Virus record (IMG/VR): IMGVR_UViG_3300030419_006251
Location: 96,001-160,000 of that record
Reading direction: 5' to 3' (one strand)
DNA length: 64,000 nucleotides
From: a virus
Lineage: Duplodnaviria; Caudoviricetes
Shown: positions 39,001 through 46,637 of the stretch, piece after piece
Numbering within the stretch: position 1 is the stretch's first letter
How the letters are laid out: each line of letters opens with the position of its first letter
Translations under genes and position numbers: made by a program
The notes under the pieces: model-generated
Seen by the model: only the letters and a program-made list of their open reading frames with translations
What the model was told of the DNA's origin: nothing
Database searches by the model: none

Positions 39001-40970
39001 CCATCCGTATTTTCATTTAGAAAGTCTAATAAATTATTTTTAAAATCTCTTAAATTAGTGGCCTGTTGCACTAAATCTGAAGATGCAAGTATCTTCTTAT
39101 AGTTCGGCGGCTGTTCTTCGCCATATTTGGTATTTAACCATGTATTCCAAGCATTGAGTCGCTTAGTACTTACAGCAGGTTCGTAGGAGTCAATATTATC
39201 CTCTAGGTTTACAGACTCTGCATCTGAATATTCATCATCGTCAACCACCTCATCAACTTCCGGTACACCGGTATCTTCTAAGGTTTCGATAACGCACATT
39301 CGATTGTCTTCGTAGGCCATCGGCACTCGCTTTTTTCCATAATGATTAATTAACCATCTAACGCGAGTAAACATACCATCTGCCACATCTTCCGTTGTAA
39401 ATTCTACTTCATAAGGTAGACTTACATCAACGCCTTCTTCGCTAGTTACAGAATATGGTTGGTCTTCTCCGGGGGCGGCCTCTGGTATTTGACTAAATAT
39501 TAATGATGGTATGCATATTAATACTTTGATTCTGGAGCCTGCTGTATTTGAAACATACCAATCTGTGGCCATAACCTGATCATAAGTTAGTAAATATTGA
39601 CCAGCAGGACTCTGCTCAACATCGTACTGCCATGCCTTAGATGGTGTAGCAATACCCACATCTGCCGAAGGACCGCTAGAAACTTGTTGTTCTTCTTGTT
39701 CATGACTAATAAACTCTATATCTGCAGCTTCTTCCTCCTCCTCTTCGATCGCGGTTTCTTCCGTTACTTCTTCTTCATATTCAATAACCATAGTAGCCCA
39801 ATCTTCAAAAGTTTTGGGGTCATCATCGCTCAAGTATTCTTCATTGTGCGTCCGATTGCCAGTAACAAGATACATGCTCTCTATTTGATATAACACTGTA
39901 CTTTGTGATGAGGTTGCTTTATGGTATGATTCGTTATCGGCGTCCCAAACCCATAAGTTGCCAGCAAGATCTATGCGCAATCCAGTGGTAGATTTTGAAG
40001 TTGGTATGTATTCTGTTAAAGCGTCAGCCTTAGTAAGACTGGTTTCGTCAAATGCAATACCCTCTGCTTCGACATAATCTCTATATGTGCGCCAAGCGCT
40101 TGGCGCATCCTCATCTTCCGGGTCAGAAGAGACTTTAAAAAATGATGTCTCTGAATTCCAACCATATGGACTATTTGATCCATCCTCATTATCGGCATCG
40201 TAATACCAATCCTTTCCAGACGACGGGCTTCTGCTGACAGTTCCATGTTCAATAGGCTCGTTGTTCTCAGTCATATTGCCTTCGATGTCAAAATAGACGC
40301 GTTCTTTGCTAGCTGGGTCTATGGTTTCATAATCAGATGTATCTTCTGCATCTGCTGATCTAGTTGCACCCCCGCCTAGGCGCGCGCAGCCACTTTCTAT
40401 TGGAGATTCAAGAGAGCCTGGAGCAGGGATGGAGCCGTCCGGGCGACAGAGATCTAAAGGACCAACCCAATTAAGATCTTTTGCATAAAATCGAATTAAT
40501 TTAGCAAGGCCAGTGACTTTTGCCGATTCCATTACCGTGTTTTTAATCCAATCATCAAAGAGCGCGTCGGAATCAGTGCTCATCTCTATCCCCGACATGT
40601 CAGTCCAATCCTCAAGTGTATAGTCTGTCCACACAGTAACACAATAATCACAAGTTTTCTTATTTAGAAATGGTCTAACTCTGTTCTTCCAATCGGGAAT
40701 TTGAGATTCCGGATAATCCGGATCCGGAACACACTCCGGGCATAATGGCTCCGTACATATGTCATCTTCGTCTTCATCTTCCTCACAAGGAAAAATATCT
40801 GCTGCTGTTAAGTCAACTTCTTCTTCAGCCTCAGCGGCTTCAGTTTCTAGCTCGGGTGGGATGTCTGTCGGATCTATTGATGAGTCCGGATCTCTGTCGG
40901 TACCGACCTCAAGATCGTCTGCGGTATCTGTTGGATCTGTATCTGCTGTAGGATCTGTAGTCTCTGACAT
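33006..40970 (-). CDS. Giant acidic hypothetical protein (2654 aa), probably virion-associated
   Basis: 8-kb open frame between the spike-like and gp25 genes; D/E/T/P-rich N-terminus, Cys clusters, long helical hydrophobic segment; no family recognised. Confidence 0.6.
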   Translation of the reverse strand: MSETTDPTADTDPTDTADDLEVGTDRDPDSSIDPTDIPPELETEAAEAEEEVDLTAADIFPCEEDEDEDDICTEPLCPECVPDPDYPESQIPDWKNRVRPFLNKKTCDYCVTVWTDYTLEDWTDMSGIEMSTDSDALFDDWIKNTVMESAKVTGLAKLIRFYAKDLNWVGPLDLCRPDGSIPAPGSLESPIESGCARLGGGATRSADAEDTSDYETIDPASKERVYFDIEGNMTENNEPIEHGTVSRSPSSGKDWYYDADNEDGSNSPYGWNSETSFFKVSSDPEDEDAPSAWRTYRDYVEAEGIAFDETSLTKADALTEYIPTSKSTTGLRIDLAGNLWVWDADNESYHKATSSQSTVLYQIESMYLVTGNRTHNEEYLSDDDPKTFEDWATMVIEYEEEVTEETAIEEEEEEAADIEFISHEQEEQQVSSGPSADVGIATPSKAWQYDVEQSPAGQYLLTYDQVMATDWYVSNTAGSRIKVLICIPSLIFSQIPEAAPGEDQPYSVTSEEGVDVSLPYEVEFTTEDVADGMFTRVRWLINHYGKKRVPMAYEDNRMCVIETLEDTGVPEVDEVVDDDEYSDAESVNLEDNIDSYEPAVSTKRLNAWNTWLNTKYGEEQPPNYKKILASSDLVQQATNLRDFKNNLLDFLNENTDGWQFTYLGEHNKKNGIENIKIEFSPTYSIQSVTYNLRGCPPITLTGQDYYKTLLQEKYDDEEYLMNPFVNPEFKIAKGWDDFANTYPQTDPRTMAYVASITYMDDVAKATTPMEWQDFITLWTYPKVRIANFNELADNDPACNSTSSALEGILQSGVNVFIETLTSKFDQQLCQTIEEGSEAWADYWTKYHTPDDPENTGTRLRDPRGDPEGKLVKSPFGQDLEEATKAAVNQVLTNDPFMSQMIDSLDYIRSADDLWRKILGQLGVCGLLDFLETLFQCLFNGVDFGDILEKALISALQNMDMNLFKRLLVGLPPHVQNEIAANATAGLSENLQDWRPWDKEPSLERQQRTAQVLQDAAIQKHYEAAQEQLNENPTTMNREQEVTLTTTEQTGLGPDDYTTTTQTETLRWTTSHSSIDDPVNSAAKQEAYEEGLADAATITPSYQGTDDASKTKTLGSVLVDSGAVKDIKDAYIKALMDLLQPDEILDLLENIPGFTFLRNLIDLTKCPGVAIFHPPIKGWYNDLTRAISQWDFGFCRSGKPLIIPRIVFNRPYRFWDAMKAIGNLILAALEAAIVQALMTMLKKILEWIFGVLCSLMNVLGSAALTATGLMSAGEFSNLLKDTMCGTNATDNEIATAMATILSALGATGAQTEEELLAIGEIALTSMGSYMEVASVRDSLELLGGSPSTRALRDAADFYRYSETPLAGTLGNANNLRALYKTIGQTFIGTKTIDALRDSYLESKSCVDEDGCGPVIPFCGVREPIKDAFCNLGIPEEACEHLTDSTLADLDSTLDEALKLAQSGGDISNLLPTGSLIPCENMDDGSFLPRDTAFDRSMFANDVGDDIQFLQITYERELIGPGGLMDRIQSDMDGRGKQEHDRRLVDLLEKAIAGNPETVGKYLRDIMRSGATEEGATIRVHREIASSTVIDNYGRNFTFLNFDPVEGVGYGALDGGFSKSWDNSLGTYQGKNVYVSSYGRVWEDTKKYYHELDSNDRKLDKDESTAYDVWEVNEAYKRIATDWGVEYEYDPRYVIYRKYKIGKEKFHYYPEPHARMQFMGTDPSMGANSHKEAGQPAYHFHFWNEERNELDFIPEGYTDTALYDEEELTKDVGKLHIFRLVPNAIGVSRSSQAASSVGEYTMQFDKDRRGNFDSFFKGFGPLSNGAPNSSRSKSALDPIIRVVRALDSDILDHISSMELDVANRQQKPTIWATHITNVIESAIVESGEEAEQSNLESVWQKLYGQDYSGLCESFVEEYAAQISDDDDAWDSGLLNFYLKELSEEECLDAGISKFKGDDEDKKEIPLPRSTRKKNRKEFPYHPNNNEDTGWYRPVPVPGSEGLSEIVDLPEEEYGVGAYYVHQQYQKGWARIADEYLPGPANPCEEQVSADIFNWSGVAEHISKAMDNIDSDDRVSSDPSCVWDPPFDRVNDRESKAKIEGYIKATMRTTIFEKMICAVPAFMKFNPSTGCFGDLLAAYIFANLRESLFQYSRRSKIFGSLGRISKGHNRYDYKFLEQCCAMYARQVSAGNMSGSAEALMAVEKIDEINTKLYNQPQADWFHRKRKARRRKVWENSEPYMTTVAKELFRHEFEEGSGKFANWACSEIDNLQLHFLQGGLNLSEGPIGAYVTDVAVDLQEDRFGGEGYYSGNFAYLQNGGFVVEKYIKIEDYEDSSEAAIDLDTGSRSEHLFKIVNMEEWKTYLSENNNFTYTSTTEEGDEEDSYKISDLFEKWSYGLRLSYVPSFHGTSDIQQLCGQVSSDISLKNKAFNIEYLGGDPVNLIPIASTEIEIPGDLKINNFDIVEDYDFECMLDQFISDTEFRTLFEYVFALDRFLSLPTIYMMHCFLDSIGMDDGWYQEVSPENAPGDGPGDPYDGSRIGQFMRNIQHSAGPGLETGDWLLWFKGQQKKKSYRNWDKYGKAPPFGETKELLRDFFMHAYDWDNKVNGKFSLPKFKFKVNLPPFFDWNPKFFVNRQLEGPECDDDMGADAEKAAYNSG

Positions 40971-40971
40971 T

Positions 40972-41934
40972 TTAGTTTACCTTGTTCCATTTACTTCTAA
41001 TGGCGAATTCGCCATGTTCGTGCAAATAAGTATTTACAAATAAATTCTGTAAGTTCTTGTGCACGGTTTTAGTATCTGTATTTGAAATGGAGAGTTGTTG
41101 ATTACATGCAATAACGGCTCCCGGGAGAGTCGGTGATGGTGAGGTCGGGATCCCAAAAAAAGGCGAATTGTGAAAGTGGGTACCCAAAGCATAGTTCATT
41201 TTTTTTATCACTCCTTGTGTGCGCATCAAATTTGCACACAAAGACATCATCATATCTGCTAATTCTTCAAACGCAAAAACCAAGTTGTCTCCCTTCACCA
41301 TGGGCTGTAAAAGATCTGGATCTGCGCCGGCAATTAAATCTATACCTTGAATTCCGTCGATTGGCTCACTGTGTGAATTTCGAGCTTCAGTTCTGGTCAC
41401 TAGTTTAATACCCTCTCGTCCCACCAGTCTAATTGCGTCTGCTTTTGCAGCTACGCAGGACCGGTCTTTAGAATTAACACATCCCTTTTCTGGTTCGGCA
41501 CCCTCCATAGCTCTCGGATCATATACATCTATTCCCAGATATCGATCGATATCTGCGTTTTGGGAAATATAAACTCTGGCAGCATCTGTAATAAAATTTG
41601 TATCAACAGTGTTATTGGGGTCTGGATCGTAGCTTGATCTACCACATACCAAATCAATGCTGGAGCATCCGTGTGACCCGATACCGCCTTTGCCGCTATG
41701 TGGGCTAGCAAATCGATCCGGGCCCAATATAATCCAAGCATTATTAGAGTTGCCAAGTAACAACTCGCCGCCCGTTCGGCGCCAATTAATTCTAGCTTCG
41801 GGAGTATGTGATCCTCTTATTCCACTAGGATCACTATTGGGGTTAGTACCATACTTGTTTGCAATATTATCGCCGTACTCTTTTTGTCCAGGTGTACCGC
41901 CCTTGCTGGGTATTGTTTTATCGTGACTACTCAT
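40972..41934 (-). CDS. Putative baseplate central spike (gp5/gpV C-terminal-like)
   Basis: Short beta-strand repeats (WIILGPDR, SIDLVCGR, RVYISQ, IRLVGREGIKLVT, IDLIAG); C-terminal HFHNSP; follows an OB-fold-like gene. Confidence 0.5.
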   Translation of the reverse strand: MSSHDKTIPSKGGTPGQKEYGDNIANKYGTNPNSDPSGIRGSHTPEARINWRRTGGELLLGNSNNAWIILGPDRFASPHSGKGGIGSHGCSSIDLVCGRSSYDPDPNNTVDTNFITDAARVYISQNADIDRYLGIDVYDPRAMEGAEPEKGCVNSKDRSCVAAKADAIRLVGREGIKLVTRTEARNSHSEPIDGIQGIDLIAGADPDLLQPMVKGDNLVFAFEELADMMMSLCANLMRTQGVIKKMNYALGTHFHNSPFFGIPTSPSPTLPGAVIACNQQLSISNTDTKTVHKNLQNLFVNTYLHEHGEFAIRSKWNKVN

Positions 41935-41958
41935 AATTTATTACTTTAGTTTAGTTTA

Positions 41959-42891
41959 TTAATTTGTCGTTTTAGATGGCTTCTCGTCTGGTGCTGTCTC
42001 AACCGCAGAAGTAACCAAAGCGGCAGAGGTGGATGCTACTTGGTTCCATATCCTCCCCTCATCCTTGGCCCATTCACCAGCTTTCTCTTTTAGAGTTTGC
42101 TTTTGCGCTGCTGTTGAGGCCTCATTCGCTTCGCTCATCGTCATTGGTGCGTCGGAAGAAATACCATCTTCAAAAGTATCACTAGAACTCTCTGGTTCTT
42201 GTATTATATTAAAAATTATATCATTTTGTACCACTGTTTCCAAATAATATGCATATCCCTCTGATGCATCCGCATCTGGAAAGCTTACACGAACTTTTGA
42301 ACCTATAGTGGGGAGCGAAGCTGCCTGTGACCTATCTGGCAATCCTATACATAATTTACAGTATTCATGAGCATAGGGGCCGGCAGGTTCGCCGAGGAGG
42401 CTTTTGCCCGGGCCAAGATGGCCCGATGTTAAGGGTCCAGGCTGCATAGGTTGAATCTCTGCAATATAAACCCAAAAAACTGGCACTATCAAGCCTTTAA
42501 GTGCGTCTGGACCTCTTAATTCTATATATTCTCGCAATATTGGGAAAGCGTTACTCAAATGATGCTTTTTTATGAAGTTTTCATTAAAATAATGTAAGTC
42601 TTGCATCGCGATTGGAAAATGTTTAGTAACCGTTCCAATATAAGTGTCTTGATTAAATGGCGCCCAGACTGCTTCGCCAGTTTTCCTCATGTTTAACTCA
42701 AACTGCTTTGCTTGACGCACTAATGATTTAAACGGATACCTAGCTGGCTCAAGACTACCTTCATTTTGCATAAAGAACGAGTCGCCGGTACCACAGGAAT
42801 AGTTATGAGGACTACGAAGATCTAATTTTGAATTATTATAAAATAGATTTTCGAATTTTACTGGTGTTTTCGTTGGATCTGAATCGCTCAT
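41959..42891 (-). CDS. Putative baseplate hub protein with a gp5/gpV N-terminal OB-fold-like motif
   Basis: LPTIGSKVRVSFPD...AYYL matches the PxxGxxVxVxF pattern of gp5/gpV/VgrG OB domains; first gene of the baseplate cluster. Confidence 0.45.
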   Translation of the reverse strand: MSDSDPTKTPVKFENLFYNNSKLDLRSPHNYSCGTGDSFFMQNEGSLEPARYPFKSLVRQAKQFELNMRKTGEAVWAPFNQDTYIGTVTKHFPIAMQDLHYFNENFIKKHHLSNAFPILREYIELRGPDALKGLIVPVFWVYIAEIQPMQPGPLTSGHLGPGKSLLGEPAGPYAHEYCKLCIGLPDRSQAASLPTIGSKVRVSFPDADASEGYAYYLETVVQNDIIFNIIQEPESSSDTFEDGISSDAPMTMSEANEASTAAQKQTLKEKAGEWAKDEGRIWNQVASTSAALVTSAVETAPDEKPSKTTN

Positions 42892-43196
42892 TCTTCTTCT
42901 CCGCTATCTTTAATTAGATCAAATATCTTTTCTTTGTCAATAGAAAAATCTTGTGACTGATGTTCCTTTTTTTGTATCAATGCAGAGACTTTTACCAACT
43001 GTTCGTTTGATCTTTGCAATGTCTCAACATACTTGGCCGCCACAGGGCCAACCTCTCTGTGGTGTGATTCGTTTCTGCTCAAATACTTAAATACATCGTC
43101 TAAAAGCTCTTTTGTAACTTCGCGATCTGCTCTTATATTATCAATAGCTTCTTGAAGATATTTGTCTAATTTGCTCATATATCGCCCTTGTTCCAC
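42888..43196 (-). CDS. Small helical hypothetical protein
   Basis: ATGA overlap with the downstream gene; amphipathic helices (YVETLQRSNEQLVKVSALI). Confidence 0.7.
   Translation of the reverse strand: MEQGRYMSKLDKYLQEAIDNIRADREVTKELLDDVFKYLSRNESHHREVGPVAAKYVETLQRSNEQLVKVSALIQKKEHQSQDFSIDKEKIFDLIKDSGEEE
42911..42918 (-). promoter_or_regulatory. Candidate late promoter TCTAATTA
   Basis: 19 nt before the start of 41959..42891, inside the end of the upstream small gene; a TTGACA also lies at ~42935-42940. Confidence 0.35.
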
Positions 43197-43900
43197 TTTT
43201 CCCTAAAATTCTTGTATTTTATTCTAAGTTTTTTTAGATTATTAACGACCTGTTTTGTATTAAGACCGGTTATTTCTCTAAGGTATAAGTAAATAGCCTT
43301 TTTGTTAAAAATTTCTATATCATCAGTATTCGAAAGTAAAATTTTTACAGCCTCTAAAACCTTTTTTTCATTTTCTTTTAGATTTCCAGTATCCCATGTA
43401 TCGATCTCTTTCCACAAAAATTCCCAAAATTCTTGTTCTTTTCTCTTGTCATAATACCCATGTTGAGCCACCAAATTTTCATATTCATATTCTTCTCGAC
43501 TCGTAATATCTTCTAAATGAACTTCTCGTTTCATTTGAGATGAATTTTTCTTAACTTTATGAATAAACCAGTTTTTTGTTATAACACTAAAATAAGAAAA
43601 GGCCTTAGAGCCTTTATTTGGATCATATTTGTCTAGTATCATAGTTAACCACACCTTACATTCAGCCCTTAAATCATCTATATTTGGAAGTGTAGTAAAT
43701 TTATAAGTATAAACAATTTTGTCAACCATTTCGTCAAACGCCGGCTGTATTAGATTAACATATAATTCTGTTCTTTCTTTCATGCATTGTGTATTGGCGT
43801 ATTTTATTATGGCATCTTCGTGCTCTTGAGTAAAATAGTGTCTTCCTTTTTTGCTGCGTCGGCGACGGCGGCGTTTAGGCGCTTCGTTCTTCTTCGTCAT
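43175..43900 (-). CDS. Phage RNA polymerase sigma factor (sigma70 region 2; T4 gp55-like late sigma)
   Basis: YFTQEHEDAIIKY..IDDLRAEC..LDKYDPNKGSKAFSYFSVITKNWFI region-2 pattern; C-terminal helix-turn-helix-like YLREITGLNTKQVVNNLKKL. ATG at 43900 preferred over the track start at 43933. Confidence 0.75.
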   Translation of the reverse strand: MTKKNEAPKRRRRRRSKKGRHYFTQEHEDAIIKYANTQCMKERTELYVNLIQPAFDEMVDKIVYTYKFTTLPNIDDLRAECKVWLTMILDKYDPNKGSKAFSYFSVITKNWFIHKVKKNSSQMKREVHLEDITSREEYEYENLVAQHGYYDKRKEQEFWEFLWKEIDTWDTGNLKENEKKVLEAVKILLSNTDDIEIFNKKAIYLYLREITGLNTKQVVNNLKKLRIKYKNFREKWNKGDI

Positions 43901-44231
43901 CGTATGGTAATTCCTCTTCATCATCAGGCTCATCTTGTTCTGCCTCCAGATCCGTAGTTAGTGTGTATATAGATTCAAACTGCTCTATTTCCTCAACAAC
44001 AGCAGCTGTATGTTGCAATAGAGATTGAAGCGTTTCATCGCCATAAAATGTTTCCATATTATATACGGTATCTAGATGATTTGCATAATTGTCAACGACA
44101 ATCATAAAATCTCCCATACTTTCTGACACATAAAGAAGTTTACTCAGTATTCCTCTTATGTACCAAACTAAAAACGCTGTGGTGCTAAAGAAAAAGAAAC
44201 ACAATACACTTAATATAATAACCGTTTTCAT
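43875..44231 (-). CDS. Membrane-anchored hypothetical protein
   Basis: N-terminal hydrophobic helix VIILSVLCFFFFSTTAFLVWYI; helical, acidic remainder. Confidence 0.7.
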   Translation of the reverse strand: MKTVIILSVLCFFFFSTTAFLVWYIRGILSKLLYVSESMGDFMIVVDNYANHLDTVYNMETFYGDETLQSLLQHTAAVVEEIEQFESIYTLTTDLEAEQDEPDDEEELPYDDEEERSA

Positions 44232-44488
44232 TCTTTGTATTCCTCTTCTTTGTATTGCCTCTTTTCGGCCTTGATCTCTTCTGAAGCTTCTTTGATAAAC
44301 CTATCAACAAGTTCTCCTGGCTTCTGCTTTTGATTGGGCTTCTTAGATATAGTGGTCACAGGAAATGGAATCCTGTTTAAAGAACCGCTAACCTCACAAG
44401 CCTCACAATCATATTTTTTATCTGTGATGGGGTGGATTATTTCAATCGCAACATCACAGTTCTTACATTCATAATAATATTTGGGCAT
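44228..44488 (-). CDS. FmdB-family zinc-ribbon protein
   Basis: MPKYYYECKNC...CEAC...LNRI matches the MPxYxYxCxxC...CxxC signature. Confidence 0.75.
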   Translation of the reverse strand: MPKYYYECKNCDVAIEIIHPITDKKYDCEACEVSGSLNRIPFPVTTISKKPNQKQKPGELVDRFIKEASEEIKAEKRQYKEEEYKE

Positions 44489-44497
44489 ATATTCCTA

Positions 44498-44695
44498 TTA
44501 GGTCTTTACAGTGTCGGCAAAATTTACTTTAACTGTCGGAGGGTTTGTTACCAAAAGCTCTTCTTCTGCTCCATCAGTTGGAGTTAACTCAAATGCTTTT
44601 AATACCGGCACAATATCCGATTGCTCTAATAAAGACTTTTGCAGGGCCATCATAATAGCTCCCAAAGCCTGATCGCTAAGTTTGAAAGTTGTCAT
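44498..44695 (-). CDS. Small hypothetical protein
   Basis: Strong AAGGAG SD; 65 aa. Confidence 0.7.
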   Translation of the reverse strand: MTTFKLSDQALGAIMMALQKSLLEQSDIVPVLKAFELTPTDGAEEELLVTNPPTVKVNFADTVKT

Positions 44696-44721
44696 ATTAT
44701 TCTCCTTTTTTATATTTTAGG

Positions 44722-45714
44722 CTATATGCCTCTTTGAAATAAATCTTTTAAATCCGCTTCATACATCATAGCAGCTAACTCTTTGAAATTAACTTTTGGC
44801 TGCCATCCTAAAACTTCCTTCGCTTTAGTAGGATCTCCTAATAGAAGCGGAACTTCGTGTGGTCTAAATAGTCGCTCATCTATTTTAACATGTTTCTCTA
44901 TGCTTAAGCCGGCCTCTTCAAACACTGTCTCTAGAAATTCTCTAACAGTATGTGTTTCACCCGTTGCGATTACAAAATCATCAGGGGTTTCCTGTTGCAA
45001 CATGAGCCACATGGCTTCAACATAATCGCCGGCGAAACCCCAGTCTCTTTTTGCATCTAGGTTTCCTAAATATAGTGTATCTTCTAAACCAAGCTTAATT
45101 CTTGCAGCTGCTCTTGTAATCTTGCGTGTAACAAATGTTTCTCCTCTTCGTGGAGATTCGTGATTAAACAAAATTCCATTTGCTCCAAAAATATTGTAAC
45201 TTTCTCGATAATTCCGCACAATATTGTAAGCAAAGACTTTAGAACAAGCATATGGTGATGCCGGCATTAACCTAGTATCTTCATCTTGTGGATGAGCTGG
45301 ATTGTCTCCATACATCTCAGAGGACGATGCCTGATAAAACTTTGCCCATGGGCAAACATTTCTTACAGCTTCTAATAACCTGAGTGTTCCCATAGCAACA
45401 TAATTTGCTGTTTCTTCTGGAGTGTCAAAAGAGACTCGTACATGCGACTGTGCCGCTAAATTGTATACCTCGTCTGGTTTATATTTTGCCAATATTCTAT
45501 GCAAACATCCAGAATCGTTCACATTGCCGTATACTAAATCAAAATTTTCTATTTTGTCCGAGCTTTCAAATATATGATCGATCCGGTCTGTCGAAATTAG
45601 AGAAGTTCTTCTCTTCATCCCAATAACTCGATATCCTTTATCTATTAAAAAGTCTGCCAAATAAGAGCCGTCCTGTCCTGTAACTCCCGTAATTAATGCT
45701 TTTTTTTGTGTCAT
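44722..45714 (-). CDS. gmd: GDP-mannose 4,6-dehydratase
   Basis: [71 protein letters not shown]. Confidence 0.97.
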   Translation of the reverse strand: MTQKKALITGVTGQDGSYLADFLIDKGYRVIGMKRRTSLISTDRIDHIFESSDKIENFDLVYGNVNDSGCLHRILAKYKPDEVYNLAAQSHVRVSFDTPEETANYVAMGTLRLLEAVRNVCPWAKFYQASSSEMYGDNPAHPQDEDTRLMPASPYACSKVFAYNIVRNYRESYNIFGANGILFNHESPRRGETFVTRKITRAAARIKLGLEDTLYLGNLDAKRDWGFAGDYVEAMWLMLQQETPDDFVIATGETHTVREFLETVFEEAGLSIEKHVKIDERLFRPHEVPLLLGDPTKAKEVLGWQPKVNFKELAAMMYEADLKDLFQRGI

Positions 45715-46637
45715 TTTGTTCCTCTAATGTTTGGATAATTTGTTAAAAACCAATCACATGAATTTTTAAGTGCTGTTTCGAAGTTTGTATACATGTTTTT
45801 ACGCCATCCTAACTGTAATAAGCTTTGATTGGTTGATGGCTTTCGAAACTGTCCTGACGGCTTAGATGTGTCCCATATAATTGAATTATGGTACTCAAGA
45901 TTGTGCGCTATCATCTGAGCTATAGTGCCGATTGAATATTCTCCCGTGTCTCCCACATTGATTGGGGCGCGGCCATCGTAATGTTCTAATAGAAATAATA
46001 AAATATTTGCTAAATCGACCGAATATGTAAATTCTCTCAGAGGAGTGCCATCACCCCATAATACAACATTCTCATTCTTTTGTTTAGCATTATACATTTT
46101 ATGTATTAAGGCAGGAATTACATGCGAGTCGTTTAAATCGTAATTGTCGTTTTCTCCGAATAAATTATTCGGTACCGCAGTAATAAAATTACAACCATAT
46201 TGATCGCGATAGGCCTGCGATTGTATATCCAACATACGCTTTGCGTGCGCATACGCATAATTTGACTTGTGCGGAGATCCACTATGAATTTGTTCTTCGG
46301 TTAAAGGATACATAACATTGTCTGGGTATATACATGTGCTCAAAAGTGACAGAACTTTTTCTGCTTTATGTTTATGTGCACTATCAAGCACATTTGTATT
46401 AATCCTAATATTATCAGAATAAAAATCTCCTAGATTCTCCATATTTGCTTTGATGCCACCGACTTTTGCTGCCAAATGAATCACTTGTTCTGGCTGATGT
46501 GTCCTAAACATTTCTTCGGCTTGTCGACGATCTCGTAAATCATAATCTGTAGAAGCTACAAAGGTTGCTTCTGGGATCAAGCGCTTAAGAGCGTGACCGA
46601 CCATACCCGAACCTCCAGTTACAAGAATTCTTTTCAT
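45711..46637 (-). CDS. fcl: GDP-L-fucose synthase (GDP-4-keto-6-deoxymannose epimerase/reductase)
   Basis: [27 protein letters not shown] (catalytic Cys), [29 protein letters not shown]; adjacent to gmd. Confidence 0.95.
   Translation of the reverse strand: MKRILVTGGSGMVGHALKRLIPEATFVASTDYDLRDRRQAEEMFRTHQPEQVIHLAAKVGGIKANMENLGDFYSDNIRINTNVLDSAHKHKAEKVLSLLSTCIYPDNVMYPLTEEQIHSGSPHKSNYAYAHAKRMLDIQSQAYRDQYGCNFITAVPNNLFGENDNYDLNDSHVIPALIHKMYNAKQKNENVVLWGDGTPLREFTYSVDLANILLFLLEHYDGRAPINVGDTGEYSIGTIAQMIAHNLEYHNSIIWDTSKPSGQFRKPSTNQSLLQLGWRKNMYTNFETALKNSCDWFLTNYPNIRGTK

Noticed and set aside
28617-42891. Bacterial contractile injection system (eCIS/T6SS) locus
   Set aside because: The baseplate genes are contiguous with primase, resolvase, recombination nuclease and a phage-type sigma factor, and no bacterial housekeeping context is seen.
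42888-43196. Small terminase subunit call for the helical ORF next to the sigma factor
   Set aside because: Only size and helicity support it; there is no diagnostic motif and no large terminase in the window.
43875-44231. Holin or spanin call for the membrane protein
   Set aside because: A single transmembrane helix fits, but no endolysin or lipoprotein partner is adjacent.
1712-44721. tRNA genes and rho-independent terminators in intergenic gaps
   Set aside because: The gaps are short (at most ~75 bp) and AT-rich; no cloverleaf or GC hairpin followed by a U-tract was seen.
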